IMG/VR virus record: IMGVR_UViG_3300034073_004910
Span: 30,403 to 94,402 of that record
Length of the DNA stretch: 64,000 nt
Reading direction: 5' to 3' (one strand)
Origin: a virus
Positions within the stretch are counted from its first letter, which is position 1. Each line of letters starts with the position of its first letter. Under the pieces are notes generated by a model. The model searched no databases. It had not been told where the DNA came from and was given only the letters and a program-made list of their open reading frames with translations. The translations under genes were made by a program, and so were the position numbers. Shown one piece after another: positions 45,401-55,980 of the stretch.

Positions 45401-47280
45401 CAAAAGCAGGCTTACAGGGTGCCTTCGAAGGCGCAGCTATAGATAGCGCTGCACTTTTTGTTGATGCCCTTGATACAGAAATAAAGAATAAAGGACTTAG
45501 TTTAAAACTTTTTGATAATGAAACATTAAAATCGCAAGTTAACGAAGTTTTTGACATATATAAACAAAAAATAGAGAATGCAACTCGCGAAAGCGAGCAA
45601 CGCCTCGCGCCGCTGCGCGAAATTGCCAGTACCGCAGAAGGTTCGGAGCGAGTTCGACAACAACTTTATATTGCAGAGCAAGAAAAAGTGTTATCGGAGC
45701 GTACTGTAGAACTAACTAGAGAAAGAAATGCAGAAGTATTTAAGCTTTTATCTGCCCAAGGTAACTTACAAAGCGTACAACAGGCTATTCTTGATATAGA
45801 AACAAATACTTTAGAACTTGCTGACGAAGCGAAACAAAAAGCGCTTGATAAATTGAGATATGAAGAACAACTTTTACTTATCGCAGAAAAATACAATAAG
45901 CTGAATCAAGAAAGACAAATTCAAGAAAAGTTTTTAAGTTTATCCGCAGGATCTTATGCCGACGCAGCACGTGAAAGTCTTGCTGTTGCGAGCGCTACAA
46001 ATGAAACTAATCAAATTGCTGAAGAAATTAATGCTCGAAAATTGCGTATGTTAGATTTAACCAGTGCTTTAGAAATGGAAGCAGATGGCAAAAAGCAACA
46101 GCAATTACTCAAAGAAATTCAGGCCGAACAAAGCCTTTTAGAAAAGAATGCAGAATCTTATGCTCTTTCAAAAGCATCTCTTGAAGTTTTAAAAGAGCAG
46201 GTAAGCGTTGTATACAAAATTGGAGAGGCCGCAAAAAGTGCCCTCGGAGAAGGGCTGACTCAAGAATTTGCAAACTTTTTAAAAGGCGGATTGGTCGATG
46301 TAGAAAAAAGCTTTTTAACTATTCTTCAGGGCGTAGGAAATGCTGTTGCAGATCAGATGGCAAAAATGCTTTCTGATAGTGCAATGAATATACTCGGAAT
46401 GGGTCCTATATCTGAAGAGCAAAAAGCATTAGAGCGCGCTAAAGTAATTGCGGAAGCGCAAGCAAAAATTCATACTGATGCACTTATTCCAGTATTTGAA
46501 GCGCACGCAAATAGTATTAGAGGAGCTCTTCCAGCCGGGGCAATTAGTGGGGTCCCTCTTGTAGATGCAAATGCTGTACCGCCTGGCTTCACTTTAGAAG
46601 GAGGGCTAGCAGGAACTGCTCAACCAGAGGCGGGGCCTAAAACTCTTAGTAAAAAATTTCAAGGCTTGGGAGATGATTTAAGAAACTGGAGTAAAAACGT
46701 TAAAGAAACTTTTGCTAAAGAGGATACTCCATTTTTAGATAAGTTAGGGAGTATATTTAATCCTGAGGCTGACTGGCTTAAAGGCATGGTAGGGGGCTTG
46801 ACCGGAGTTCTCGGAGCTTTTGCCATGAGTAAGCTCGGAGGAGGGGACCCCGGATCTTGGAGAAATGCAATTGTAGGTGGAATTATTTCTGCCGCTACTG
46901 CCGGATTTGGTGGATTTATGCAAGGCGTAGGAACTTCCTTTTTTGCAGCAAATGGAGCTGTATTCCCGGGCGGTTTTCGTTCATATGCAAACGGTGGAAT
47001 GGTAAAAGAGCCTACTCTTGGGCTGGTTGGCGAAGGAAAGTATAATGAAGCAATTGTACCTTTGCCCGACGGAAGATCTATTCCAGTAATTATGCAAGGA
47101 GCCGGAGGGGATCGAACAACTGTAGGAATTAATGTTAATGTTAACTCTTCCGGTCAAGCTCAAACTAACAGTCAAGGTCAAGGAGACCGGGGAGTTGCGA
47201 TGGCTCAAGCGCTCTCGGCAGTTGTTCAACAAGAAATTAAGAGACAAAAACGTCCTGGCGGTTTATTAAGCCCGTACTAA
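42466..47280 (+). CDS. Tape measure protein
   Basis: 1604 aa helical protein, KAEPELLDELGI, C-terminal ANGG..GE..EAIVPL..RPGGLL. Confidence 0.93.
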   Translation: MARNIITVDVEARSGGSFDRVGLEARRAGGGLNQAAEGAAQADRNIKGAANASSNATKNFSKMSQGMGGLVAAYATVAAQVFALSAAYQFLLNAADFRILLEGQKALTATTGLAYTSITKSIQKATNAQLAYQEAAQSAAISTAAGLGADQVTRLAELADTISKTLGRDLTDTFNRLVRGITKAEPELLDELGIVLRLKDATEEYALSVGKSASSLTSYERTQAVFLNTVGQGEEKFGALGDTLDGSSNKIRQLGVALGEVANKLKPVISAVSEFAAGALTENLAATITTFGLLAGGVLKQLLPSIREVEENYAAAADRMAEKQTRFNKSLEETRASQRVLSRMAGREAQGAQAAIGDINAETRAARAAQGIQTPISKTMQKLATGQLDPNSAAFKKFRASVDKELKLLEQSNATTVTRMRTQFVGMTRAQLLAMQNATTLMMGQQTRLEINQQRLINAGTIGYTRLRLAINGVAAALSTGARAAATFGMALLSFLGWVGLAITLGTLLYQGIVAIYNYLNKPVKTDGLTPLSERLTSLSDETKTLVQDFEKMQEKADSFNIKGVSGQIEFFGNAATSLPIDSLISSLGKLDAKQRFFTSTLLETSSVEREVAANRQKAQSNLEDATNSSIASLEKYRKKQEELKALESFSEKEANAIANLTTETYASLAAFAKLDPRLKEQAAILSDAAVESNKLSEQFKEGKKDVFALSAGLSRLARDTKSATTEVIAAAQKWRDASAAFSSLQQSIKTYNDRIRGSINLTEIQQSYLELSNIAKNYNDTVAALPTNVNIKTYQQLEQVKNAYKEVIKVVKDLYERQKLLSKEKIQLNINEKQLGLIQGSSEELIRLRAKQERAAIALRKREEELEIERLNSKLKELRAAGLNIKPEALATPIGESITEAGKTQAELVGEAIESSADYHARAIAEAMTGKSLKDLGEENAVFADVLKRIGARQQPNQPVPEDEITDVPIPFRPLIMPKAGLQGAFEGAAIDSAALFVDALDTEIKNKGLSLKLFDNETLKSQVNEVFDIYKQKIENATRESEQRLAPLREIASTAEGSERVRQQLYIAEQEKVLSERTVELTRERNAEVFKLLSAQGNLQSVQQAILDIETNTLELADEAKQKALDKLRYEEQLLLIAEKYNKLNQERQIQEKFLSLSAGSYADAARESLAVASATNETNQIAEEINARKLRMLDLTSALEMEADGKKQQQLLKEIQAEQSLLEKNAESYALSKASLEVLKEQVSVVYKIGEAAKSALGEGLTQEFANFLKGGLVDVEKSFLTILQGVGNAVADQMAKMLSDSAMNILGMGPISEEQKALERAKVIAEAQAKIHTDALIPVFEAHANSIRGALPAGAISGVPLVDANAVPPGFTLEGGLAGTAQPEAGPKTLSKKFQGLGDDLRNWSKNVKETFAKEDTPFLDKLGSIFNPEADWLKGMVGGLTGVLGAFAMSKLGGGDPGSWRNAIVGGIISAATAGFGGFMQGVGTSFFAANGAVFPGGFRSYANGGMVKEPTLGLVGEGKYNEAIVPLPDGRSIPVIMQGAGGDRTTVGINVNVNSSGQAQTNSQGQGDRGVAMAQALSAVVQQEIKRQKRPGGLLSPY

Positions 47281-47288
47281 GTAAAATT

Positions 47289-47660
47289 ATGGCAATAGGA
47301 TTTAATGATGGAGTTGCAAATCGAATTCCCGATCGTACGATGCAAAAGCGAAGCACTGCTAGAGTTCTGCTTGCTTCCTTTGGAGATGGGTACGAGCAGC
47401 GCCTCCCTTTAGGTATCAATACCTTGAATCAAGAATATGGAGTTACATTCCGAACGCGGCCAAAAGCCGAAATAGATGATATTGTAACTTTTCTTGAGGG
47501 CACAAAAGGTGCTAATAGCTTTAACTTTACAGTGCCAAATACAAACTCTACAAATAACGAGAGCACAATTAAAGTTGTTTGTGCAGATTTTTCTACAACC
47601 TATGAATATGATGAGTTTTATACTCTTGAAGCAACTTTTAGACGAGTTTACGAACCATGA
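47289..47660 (+). CDS. Distal/minor tail protein (lambda gpM-like)
   Basis: FGDGYEQR...GIN...ATF.RVYEP. Confidence 0.88.
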   Translation: MAIGFNDGVANRIPDRTMQKRSTARVLLASFGDGYEQRLPLGINTLNQEYGVTFRTRPKAEIDDIVTFLEGTKGANSFNFTVPNTNSTNNESTIKVVCADFSTTYEYDEFYTLEATFRRVYEP

Positions 47661-48817
47661 CAGATATAGTACGCGATTTACAAAAACAAAATCCTGGCTC
47701 CTCTTTAATTGTATTATACGAATTGGAAATGCCAGATGGAGTAACTACTTGGTACTTTCACGATGGAAAAAATGCAAATACTAGTCAAAATATTACTTTT
47801 GATGGAAATACTTATGAGTGTATCCCTGTTCAATTTGATGGGGTAGACATTACTTCCGATGGGCCTGGGTCCAGGCCTACTCTTATAATCGGAAATGTAC
47901 TTACAGTATTTAAAGACGCATTAGGAGCTGGGTATACTTATGAAGATCTGCTTGGTCGAAAATTTACTCGACGCCGTACTCTTTCCGCCTATCTAACCTC
48001 CAGTCCTGCTGTGGAGCTTCCCAAAGACATTTTTTATGTTGATCGTATTGCAAGTACTTCAATTTTAAGTGTTTCAATTGAGCTTGCTTCGCCCTTTGAT
48101 ATTGAAGGAATCAAGCTTCCAGCTCGAACCATTATTGGTGGCGGTTGTAGTTGGCAATATCAAGGAGCCTCCTCTGGGTTAAGTGAAAGTCAAAAAGTGG
48201 GGGGATGTACTTGGAATCGTTTTAGCTCAATTAGTATACCCGGAGGAAGCGATTACACAAACTATGTGAACTCAAACGATGAACCTGTAGTTCCAATTGC
48301 CGCGGTTGTAGGAGCTTGGGCGGGTTCGGGAAGTGTTAATTCTATTTATTCTACTGACCAAGATGGGCTAACTCGAATTAACAAAGATCGAACTTTTACA
48401 ACTGGAGTTACGGGTAAAAATTATTGGCAAATGGTTAAAGCTTCACCAGGTACTCCAAGTGACACAAACCCAGCCTGGCGACGTGTTCGAGTATATTCAT
48501 CTTATAGCTCATCTGGTACTTATACAGTATTTACCGATCCTAGCTATAATAGTTATGTTACTTATAACTATGACGGCGGTACTCGACTATTTAAAAAAAT
48601 TTATGCAACACAAGGTAGTACGTCGGAAGGATCAACTCCTGCTTATAATAAATTTTGGGAATTAGGAGACGTTTGTGGAAAAAGACTTTTTTCTTGTACT
48701 CGAAGATTTCAATACAGACCAGCAACTTCTAGTGGACAGCCTGTTCCAAGCACCGACTATAATCAAGAAATTATACTCCCGTTTGGAGGATTTCCTGGCT
48801 CCAGATCATATAACTAA
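47657..48817 (+). CDS. Minor tail protein (lambda gpL-like)
   Basis: ELASPFD...LP.R..C.WQY..C...DVCGKRL.SC..RF...LPFGGFP. Confidence 0.88.
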   Translation: MTDIVRDLQKQNPGSSLIVLYELEMPDGVTTWYFHDGKNANTSQNITFDGNTYECIPVQFDGVDITSDGPGSRPTLIIGNVLTVFKDALGAGYTYEDLLGRKFTRRRTLSAYLTSSPAVELPKDIFYVDRIASTSILSVSIELASPFDIEGIKLPARTIIGGGCSWQYQGASSGLSESQKVGGCTWNRFSSISIPGGSDYTNYVNSNDEPVVPIAAVVGAWAGSGSVNSIYSTDQDGLTRINKDRTFTTGVTGKNYWQMVKASPGTPSDTNPAWRRVRVYSSYSSSGTYTVFTDPSYNSYVTYNYDGGTRLFKKIYATQGSTSEGSTPAYNKFWELGDVCGKRLFSCTRRFQYRPATSSGQPVPSTDYNQEIILPFGGFPGSRSYN

Positions 48818-49106
48818 TTTAGTCTTTGATTGTTGCAGAGAGTACCCGAAAGAAATCTGTGGAGTGACTTTAAATTCAAAATGGTACAAAGCTAAAAATG
48901 TGGCAGAAACTCCTAACAATGATTTTGTAATGAACGATTTAGATTGGATTAAATTTCAGTTATTAGGCAGCCCTTCAGCAATTGTTCATAGTCATCCAAG
49001 AAGCGGAGCAAATTTAAGCGAATTTGATAGAGTACAGCAGGCTCGATTTAAAATACCTTTTATAATAATCTCATTACGAGATTGGAATGTGGAAATTTAT
49101 TCATGA
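48675..49106 (+). CDS. Tail assembly protein gpK-like, JAB/MPN domain only; start uncertain
   Basis: YPKEICG...IVHSHP....S..D. Confidence 0.75.
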   Translation: MEKDFFLVLEDFNTDQQLLVDSLFQAPTIIKKLYSRLEDFLAPDHITNLVFDCCREYPKEICGVTLNSKWYKAKNVAETPNNDFVMNDLDWIKFQLLGSPSAIVHSHPRSGANLSEFDRVQQARFKIPFIIISLRDWNVEIYS

Positions 49107-49894
49107 TACGAAAAGTTCATTTAATGGGAAATTTAGGAAAACAGTTCGGAGAGGAGTGGTCAGTAAACTGCACCACTGTTTCAGAATGTCTTCGTCTTAT
49201 CGAGTGCCAAGCCACAAATTTTAGAAAATACCTTATAGAAATCGTAGAGCAGGGCACAAATTTTTCTGTTCGTACAGGAGAAGAACTAATAGGAACGGGC
49301 GAAGAGCTATTCATGAATGTAAATGCAGAAGATATTTATATTACTGAGATTCCTGCGGGCTCTGGGGGTTGGGGAAAAATTCTCGTTGGAGCTTTACTGA
49401 TTACAGCAGCAATTTTTGTACCCTATTTACCAGTGTTTCTTTCCACAGTTACTACTACAACTATAGGTGCTGGAGGACTGGCTACAGCTACCGTAACTCT
49501 TGGCACTACTGGTGCCGGGGCTTTTGCGGCGATGGCTCTTGGTAGTATAGGATTAAATTTAATCATGGCTGGAGTAAATGAACTTCTTATGCCTAAACCA
49601 GATAAAGGAAAAGCTGGTGGAGCAATATTTTCAGGCCCTGTAAATAACGTCAAACAGGGGCAGCCTGTTCCTTTGCTTTATGGTGAATTAATCGTAGGCG
49701 GATCTCCAATTTCTTCCACGTTTACAAAAGCAAAAATTAACTCAACCGGAGTAGCTTATAGCTCTGCTAGTTCAATTCCAGGCGCTACGCCTACATATAC
49801 TGGAGGCAGCCCGACACCTTTTGTTTCTGAAGGAAGTTTTAATAGTCCAATGGAAGTACTTCCGTTACTTCGTATTACACCAGAGGGGGTCTAA
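49103..49894 (+). CDS. Tail assembly protein (lambda gpI-like)
   Basis: V.L.G.LGKQFG...QG.PVPLLYGE..VG. Confidence 0.85.
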   Translation: MIRKVHLMGNLGKQFGEEWSVNCTTVSECLRLIECQATNFRKYLIEIVEQGTNFSVRTGEELIGTGEELFMNVNAEDIYITEIPAGSGGWGKILVGALLITAAIFVPYLPVFLSTVTTTTIGAGGLATATVTLGTTGAGAFAAMALGSIGLNLIMAGVNELLMPKPDKGKAGGAIFSGPVNNVKQGQPVPLLYGELIVGGSPISSTFTKAKINSTGVAYSSASSIPGATPTYTGGSPTPFVSEGSFNSPMEVLPLLRITPEGV

Positions 49895-52800
49895 ATGGGC
49901 GGCATACCAAATTATAATAAGATTAACTCTAATCCAAATCAGCCTGATACAACTAGTGCTACCTCGCAGAGTACCATACAGTTTAATAATAACGCTCAAT
50001 ATGCTCTTATCTATGATTTGATTTCAGAAGGCGAAATTAGCGGATTGGTTGAAGGAGCTAAAAGTGTATTTTTAAATGGTACTCGTCTTACTGATACAGC
50101 TTCTGCATCCTCGGTTAGTCCTATCGGCACTACTACAGGAACTTTTACAGCCAGTAGTACTACGGTAACTGCTTCTGGCGGTCTTTCTGGAACTCTGAAT
50201 AGACTAATAATTTTAGAAAGGGGCGGTAAACGTTCTTCTACTTTTTCCGGGACATCTGGTAGTAATGTACTGAATACAGGAAGTGCTTATTTTGAAAATA
50301 GTATGATTGGAGGCTCCACAAGCGGAGCGGGGTTAGCAACAACTCGCAGAATTCGAGTAGATGGTTTAGGTCCAAATGGGCGTGAATATATTGGTACAAT
50401 TGTAAAACGTATAAGCGACACTAGCGCTGAAGTTTCTCCTGCTATTTCAACTACAGGCTCTGGAAAATCAGGAGGGCTAGATCATCTTACTGTAGTTACT
50501 GCCGTAAATAGCTCATCTTCTATAACAGTAGCTCAAGCTCCTCAAAGCTCTGGCACTAAGTTTCAAATTGTTACAATTACTCCTAATAATACTATTCAAG
50601 CTCCTGTAGACGATCGCTGGAACTTTAAAAATGTAACTCTTGACTTTAGAGCTGGATCAAGAGAGCAAAGCATAGTAGAAAAAAATAGTTTACCTACTGC
50701 AAGTTTTTTGACTAGCATTGGAGAAGAACTACAATGGGGCTTAGGGTACGGTGGGGACGCAAACCCTCTGGCCTATAGTAGTGCAGCTCTTGGGGTCGGT
50801 ACAGATCCCTCAGAAGTAGATAAGATAAAAATAGGTATAGAATTTCCTGGGGGGCTTTATGTAAATACAGGGGAAAAGGCTAAAATTCAACGTACTGTTA
50901 TGGGAATTCGCGTTGAATTTCAATATACTCAAGGCGGCGTTTCAAAATCTGCTGTAATTGTTGGACCAACGTCTTCAGCAGGCTGGCCCGATGCTGTGCG
51001 AGGGTTTGATTGGATTAGCTATTTACAAAATAGAGGAGGAATAATTGGAGAGTCTACTTCACCTTTTGTGCAAGACATTGAGTTTTCTGTAGAAAAATTT
51101 AAGCCTTTTACAGATTTTTCTATTTTAGTTACCAGAACAACTCCTCATATTTCTGACGATTTTCCTACTAAAGACAATACTTTTATATTTTCTGCTCGAT
51201 TGAAGTATGTTGAACTTCAAATTGTTGATAAATTTAGTTACCCATTAAGTGCTTATGCAGCAATGAGCTTTCCTGCCGAAGGATTCTCTAATCTTCCAAC
51301 ACGCTCATATCATGTTCGCGGGCTAAAGATTAAAGTACCTAGTAACTATATTACTCGAGAAGAGAGCGCTGATAGCGTTGCAAAATATATTGGTCAGTGG
51401 GACGGAACCTTTATTACAAAGTATACCAATAATCCTGCGTGGATTTTTTACGATCTTGCAACAAACAATCGTTATGGATTAGGTAAATATATAGATCCTA
51501 CGCTTATAGATAAGTTTTCATTGTATAGAATTGCAAGATATTGCGACGAGCTTGTTCCCGACGGAAAAGGCGGCCAAGAGCCGCGATTTACGTGTAACGT
51601 TTATATTTTTCAAGCTGAAGAAGCTTATAAGCTAATGAGAGACCTGGCTAGTACTTTTAGAGCGCTTACTTACTGGGCTCAAGGTAGCTTAATCACTGTA
51701 CAGGATAGTCCAAAAGAAGCAATTTATACTTTTACGCAAGGTAATGTAATTGATGGGATATTTAATTATGAGTACTCTGGAAGAAATGCTCGATATAATG
51801 AGATTAACGTAACTTGGACAAATCCTGATCAATTTTATCAACAAGACGTATTAACGGTTACCGATCATACCGACGTTATTAAGCGTGGAAGAGTCGTACC
51901 TATGGATACGATTGCTTTTGGCTGTACTAGCGAAAGTCAAGCATACCGAGTTGCAAACTGGAATTTATTGACTTCGCAGCTTGAAACGGAATTTATCTCT
52001 TTTGGCACAGGCATAAATGCCAGCTTTTTACTGCCTGGAGATATTATAAATGTACAAGATCACCATTTACAAGCAGTTCAAGCTAGCGGACGAGTTCGGT
52101 CTGCGGCGAGCGCAACTTCTATTACTCTTGATAGAAATGTTACTTTGACTGCCGGAAGCACTTATAAACTGCATTTAATTTTTGACGGCCCCGGATGTTA
52201 TTTACAGCAAGCTTCAGCAACAATTGGGGGAACAACTTATACTCGAGGCGATTTAATTCCAGGAATTGATACTAGCGAAGAGGCCGCTCTTTTAGTAGAC
52301 GCTAGTAATAATCCTGTTGCGGTATCTTTTAGTGCGGATAGTCATGTTCAAACTAAAACTATCAATAATTCTTTGCCGTATACAGGAAATACAATTACTG
52401 TGTCATCTGCCTTTTCTTCTACTCCTTCGAGCGAAGTAATTTGGGCAATAGAAAACGCAACACTTGATGCTGCTGGAAACGCTAAACAATATCGAATTTT
52501 AAATATTAAAGAAGAAGAGAACCACACATATTCAATTGTAGCAGCATTGTACGCTCCTGAAAAATTTGAAGAGCTTGAAGCTAAAGTTAAAATTGCCGCG
52601 CCTCCATTCTCTGGGCCTCGCCCCGGGGACGATGTCCCTCCAGTAACAAACTTAAATGTTGTGTATACTCGTACAGTTCTGGACGAAGAATTCGAAGAGG
52701 TTGACAGTACTTATTATGCTCTTATTTCTTGGACACCTCCTGAAGAGACCTATAGAGACAGCGCTAATAATTCCGTTACTCGAGCCTACCCGTATGTTGT

Positions 52801-55687
52801 GGCATATCAAATTGAATATAGCTTTTTTGATATTCCTTCTACACAAATAAAAGAGTATGTGACAGAAGAAATTACGGGAGATAGAAATAGTTTACGAGTT
52901 TTTGGCGTAGCTCCTGGAACCTATGAAGTTCGTGTTCGAGTAAAAAATTCTATCGGAGAGTTTTCTCCTTGGGTCAGTCGAACTCTTACTCTTGAACCAG
53001 ACTCCTCTCTCGGCGGAGCTCAGCTTAATGGGCTGCAACTGGGCGGGGCTTTAGATACTGCTACGCGCTTTACGGATAATACTTATAGTATTACCGATAC
53101 GTTCTACACTTATACTGCACCTAACTTCAGAACATACTCAATAGAGCCAGCAACCAGCGCGCAGAGCGCGCAAAGCTTCGCTAATTTAAGTGCAAACTCT
53201 GAATACTATTTATTGTGGGATTCGAGCAATACAGAAGATCCGCTCAAAGCAGTAGCACATTACGAAGATACCAATGTTGCTTCCCCTTACGGAGCTACAA
53301 GTTCGTACTGGAGAGACGCTTATGCCGCAAATGATGGCATGGAAGCGCTTCCAGGTACGATCAGTGCAAGTCAGTTTACTAATAAAATTACTGGCACAAG
53401 CACCTTTTTTGAATCAAATCTTGCAGTTGGAAACTTTATAAAACTGTATGATTCTTCCAACTCTGCAAATTCGTTTTATACTGTCGTTACAGAAATTACA
53501 AGTAATACAGAATTGTACACGCGAGAAATTATACTTAAGAATTTTACTAACAAACAAATTCAAGTTCCCACCTATCGTGTAAACTATCGAAATGACGTAA
53601 TACTTGCAAAAATTGTTACAGATGAAAATACAGTCGCATCGCTGGAAGCTCAATATGTAACTACTACAATTGATGAACCGCAGTTTTTGGACGTATTGTC
53701 GAACGGTCAAACTTTTACTTATTATGCAAACAATGAACTGATCGGTCCTCAGCAAATTGACTTTACCGTTAATAAGCAAAATATTCTTGCAGCTACTGAG
53801 TGGGAACTTCGAGATTCGGAAGACAATCTTCTTAGCAATACTTATCTAGATGCTATAACAAACACGAGCGCTACGCTAAATGCAAATAGCTTTGGTTCAA
53901 TTACAAACAATTCATTTGTTCAAGTAACTGCTAAAGCACTTGATTTAAGCGATACCGTTTTAGTCAACAAACTTTTGTATGGACAAGATGGATTAATTGG
54001 AGAAGATGCAGTAACAATAAGAATTGCTGGATCTCGTCAAATTTTTACTTTTGACGCAAATAATGCTTTTAAGCCTGCCGGACAGTCCATTGTTTTAACT
54101 GTATCAAAACAAAACAGTACAAACACAGTAAACTGGACTTCATCTCCTTCTGTAAACTTACGAGAAGGTGTCTCTCCTTCCAGCCCCATTGTAACAACAG
54201 GAGATACTGTTTATTTATATATTGAAGATTTTGGACAAAATAATGAAGTAGTTGAATTTACTGCCACGCTAGATGGAACTTCTATTTTTGATAAGTTTAG
54301 CGTTTATAAATTGCGAGAAGGTCGAGAAGGACATACAATTGTATTAAGCAATGAAAATCATAGTATTCCTTTGGAGTATGACGGACTTTCGGGAAACTAC
54401 TTAGGCTCAGGTACGGACATTCGAGTTTGGGAAGGAACTACAGCCTTAACTTATAATGCTACGGCCGCTTCAAATGCAACCTTCAATGTAAGCGTATTAA
54501 GTAACACGAATATAACTCCTGATCCTACTCCGACTACAATTACTACTATAGTTACAAACGATACTCGTCGCTACGGTAACGCTAGTAATATAACAGCGAA
54601 TACTGCAAGCATTGTTTATACGATTGGAGTTCGTGATAAATTTGGTAATTTTAGTACTTATACGCGTCAACAAAGTTTTTCAGCAGTTCGAGAAGGTGCA
54701 CCAGGAGCTGATGGAGCTAATGGAGCCAACGGAACTCCGGCAGTAAGTATGTTTCTTTCGCGAGCTGGAGTGACTTTATTTGCTTATGCAGATGGCTACG
54801 TAACAGGCTATGCGGATGCAACAGGTCAAGCTGAACTTTATAGTGGATCTACTCGAGTTACTGAAAGTGCTTCTTGGTCGCGCACTCAGTCAACTGGACT
54901 AACTGGTACAGTTTCAAATACCGCGGGAACTAAAGGGGCTTACTCAGTTACAGCGTTATCAAATACTGTTCTTACTGGCACGCTTACAATTAATGCAAGT
55001 TATCAAGGTCAAACTTATACTAGTCGTTTTTCAGTTGCAAAAGCCGTAGGGGGTTATCAAATCGTATCTTCTCTTCCGAGCACAGATCTTTTTGAAGGAA
55101 GAGTTGTATTTTTACTTTCAGACGATAAGCTTTATCGCTATACTGTTCCTGGAGGCTGGACCGCATCGGTTCCAAACGTAGATATTAGCGGACTTATTAC
55201 GAACGCTCAAATTCAGTCTATTGCAAATACAAAACTGACGGGGACCATAACGAGCACTCAAATTGGTGCAAATGCTGTAACTACTCCAGCATTGGCGGCG
55301 GGGTCAGTAAATACTGCTCAGCTTGCAGCAAATTCTGTGATTGCAGGTAAAATTGCTGCTTTGGCAGTAAATACAATTCATTTAGCTGCGGACTCCGTGA
55401 CGGCGAATAAAATTGCTGTAAATGCAATTACAGCAGATAAAATAAACGTAGGAGCAGTAACCGCAGCAAAAATAAATGTAACAAATCTTTCTTCAATTAA
55501 AGCAGACGTAGGTATTTTAAATGCAGGAACAATTAACGTTACTAACATGACAATTACCGGAATTTCAAATACTGCGCTGAGTGTTAAAAGCGCTTTTTCA
55601 GGCGAGCGTCTTGAAATTTCGAGTGACGTTATTCGAATTTATGATTCCAGCGATGTACTACGAGTTAAATTAGGAAAACTGACATAA
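49895..55687 (+). CDS. Central tail fibre / host-specificity protein (lambda gpJ-like)
   Basis: DLISEGEI.GL, P.RSY...G.K.KVPSNY, NNPAWI.YD, YCDELVPDG.GG.EPRF; FN3 region; RVKLGKL end. Confidence 0.92.
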   Translation: MGGIPNYNKINSNPNQPDTTSATSQSTIQFNNNAQYALIYDLISEGEISGLVEGAKSVFLNGTRLTDTASASSVSPIGTTTGTFTASSTTVTASGGLSGTLNRLIILERGGKRSSTFSGTSGSNVLNTGSAYFENSMIGGSTSGAGLATTRRIRVDGLGPNGREYIGTIVKRISDTSAEVSPAISTTGSGKSGGLDHLTVVTAVNSSSSITVAQAPQSSGTKFQIVTITPNNTIQAPVDDRWNFKNVTLDFRAGSREQSIVEKNSLPTASFLTSIGEELQWGLGYGGDANPLAYSSAALGVGTDPSEVDKIKIGIEFPGGLYVNTGEKAKIQRTVMGIRVEFQYTQGGVSKSAVIVGPTSSAGWPDAVRGFDWISYLQNRGGIIGESTSPFVQDIEFSVEKFKPFTDFSILVTRTTPHISDDFPTKDNTFIFSARLKYVELQIVDKFSYPLSAYAAMSFPAEGFSNLPTRSYHVRGLKIKVPSNYITREESADSVAKYIGQWDGTFITKYTNNPAWIFYDLATNNRYGLGKYIDPTLIDKFSLYRIARYCDELVPDGKGGQEPRFTCNVYIFQAEEAYKLMRDLASTFRALTYWAQGSLITVQDSPKEAIYTFTQGNVIDGIFNYEYSGRNARYNEINVTWTNPDQFYQQDVLTVTDHTDVIKRGRVVPMDTIAFGCTSESQAYRVANWNLLTSQLETEFISFGTGINASFLLPGDIINVQDHHLQAVQASGRVRSAASATSITLDRNVTLTAGSTYKLHLIFDGPGCYLQQASATIGGTTYTRGDLIPGIDTSEEAALLVDASNNPVAVSFSADSHVQTKTINNSLPYTGNTITVSSAFSSTPSSEVIWAIENATLDAAGNAKQYRILNIKEEENHTYSIVAALYAPEKFEELEAKVKIAAPPFSGPRPGDDVPPVTNLNVVYTRTVLDEEFEEVDSTYYALISWTPPEETYRDSANNSVTRAYPYVVAYQIEYSFFDIPSTQIKEYVTEEITGDRNSLRVFGVAPGTYEVRVRVKNSIGEFSPWVSRTLTLEPDSSLGGAQLNGLQLGGALDTATRFTDNTYSITDTFYTYTAPNFRTYSIEPATSAQSAQSFANLSANSEYYLLWDSSNTEDPLKAVAHYEDTNVASPYGATSSYWRDAYAANDGMEALPGTISASQFTNKITGTSTFFESNLAVGNFIKLYDSSNSANSFYTVVTEITSNTELYTREIILKNFTNKQIQVPTYRVNYRNDVILAKIVTDENTVASLEAQYVTTTIDEPQFLDVLSNGQTFTYYANNELIGPQQIDFTVNKQNILAATEWELRDSEDNLLSNTYLDAITNTSATLNANSFGSITNNSFVQVTAKALDLSDTVLVNKLLYGQDGLIGEDAVTIRIAGSRQIFTFDANNAFKPAGQSIVLTVSKQNSTNTVNWTSSPSVNLREGVSPSSPIVTTGDTVYLYIEDFGQNNEVVEFTATLDGTSIFDKFSVYKLREGREGHTIVLSNENHSIPLEYDGLSGNYLGSGTDIRVWEGTTALTYNATAASNATFNVSVLSNTNITPDPTPTTITTIVTNDTRRYGNASNITANTASIVYTIGVRDKFGNFSTYTRQQSFSAVREGAPGADGANGANGTPAVSMFLSRAGVTLFAYADGYVTGYADATGQAELYSGSTRVTESASWSRTQSTGLTGTVSNTAGTKGAYSVTALSNTVLTGTLTINASYQGQTYTSRFSVAKAVGGYQIVSSLPSTDLFEGRVVFLLSDDKLYRYTVPGGWTASVPNVDISGLITNAQIQSIANTKLTGTITSTQIGANAVTTPALAAGSVNTAQLAANSVIAGKIAALAVNTIHLAADSVTANKIAVNAITADKINVGAVTAAKINVTNLSSIKADVGILNAGTINVTNMTITGISNTALSVKSAFSGERLEISSDVIRIYDSSDVLRVKLGKLT

Positions 55688-55980
55688 TGGCATACGGACT
55701 AGAAATTTATAACGCAAGCGGAAATACTGTGCTGTCTTATACGAGTCGCGTACCGCGGTTTGTACAAAATGGGATTTTTTCTTTAGCCTCTGGAGCGAAC
55801 GTGGATATAACAGTAGTAGGAATGCAAAATAATGACTCTTGGGAAGTTTTTATAAATGCTACTCCCCGTACATTTATTCCTGCGACTGTTACTTGCAATT
55901 TGCATTCTGGATATTTCAATGCTAAAAATAATACTATTGGACAGCTTGATAATATCGCTTATTGGGTGATACGATCATGA
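55687..55980 (+). CDS. Tail-tip accessory protein
   Basis: MAYGLEIYN..G pattern following gpJ. Confidence 0.65.
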   Translation: MAYGLEIYNASGNTVLSYTSRVPRFVQNGIFSLASGANVDITVVGMQNNDSWEVFINATPRTFIPATVTCNLHSGYFNAKNNTIGQLDNIAYWVIRS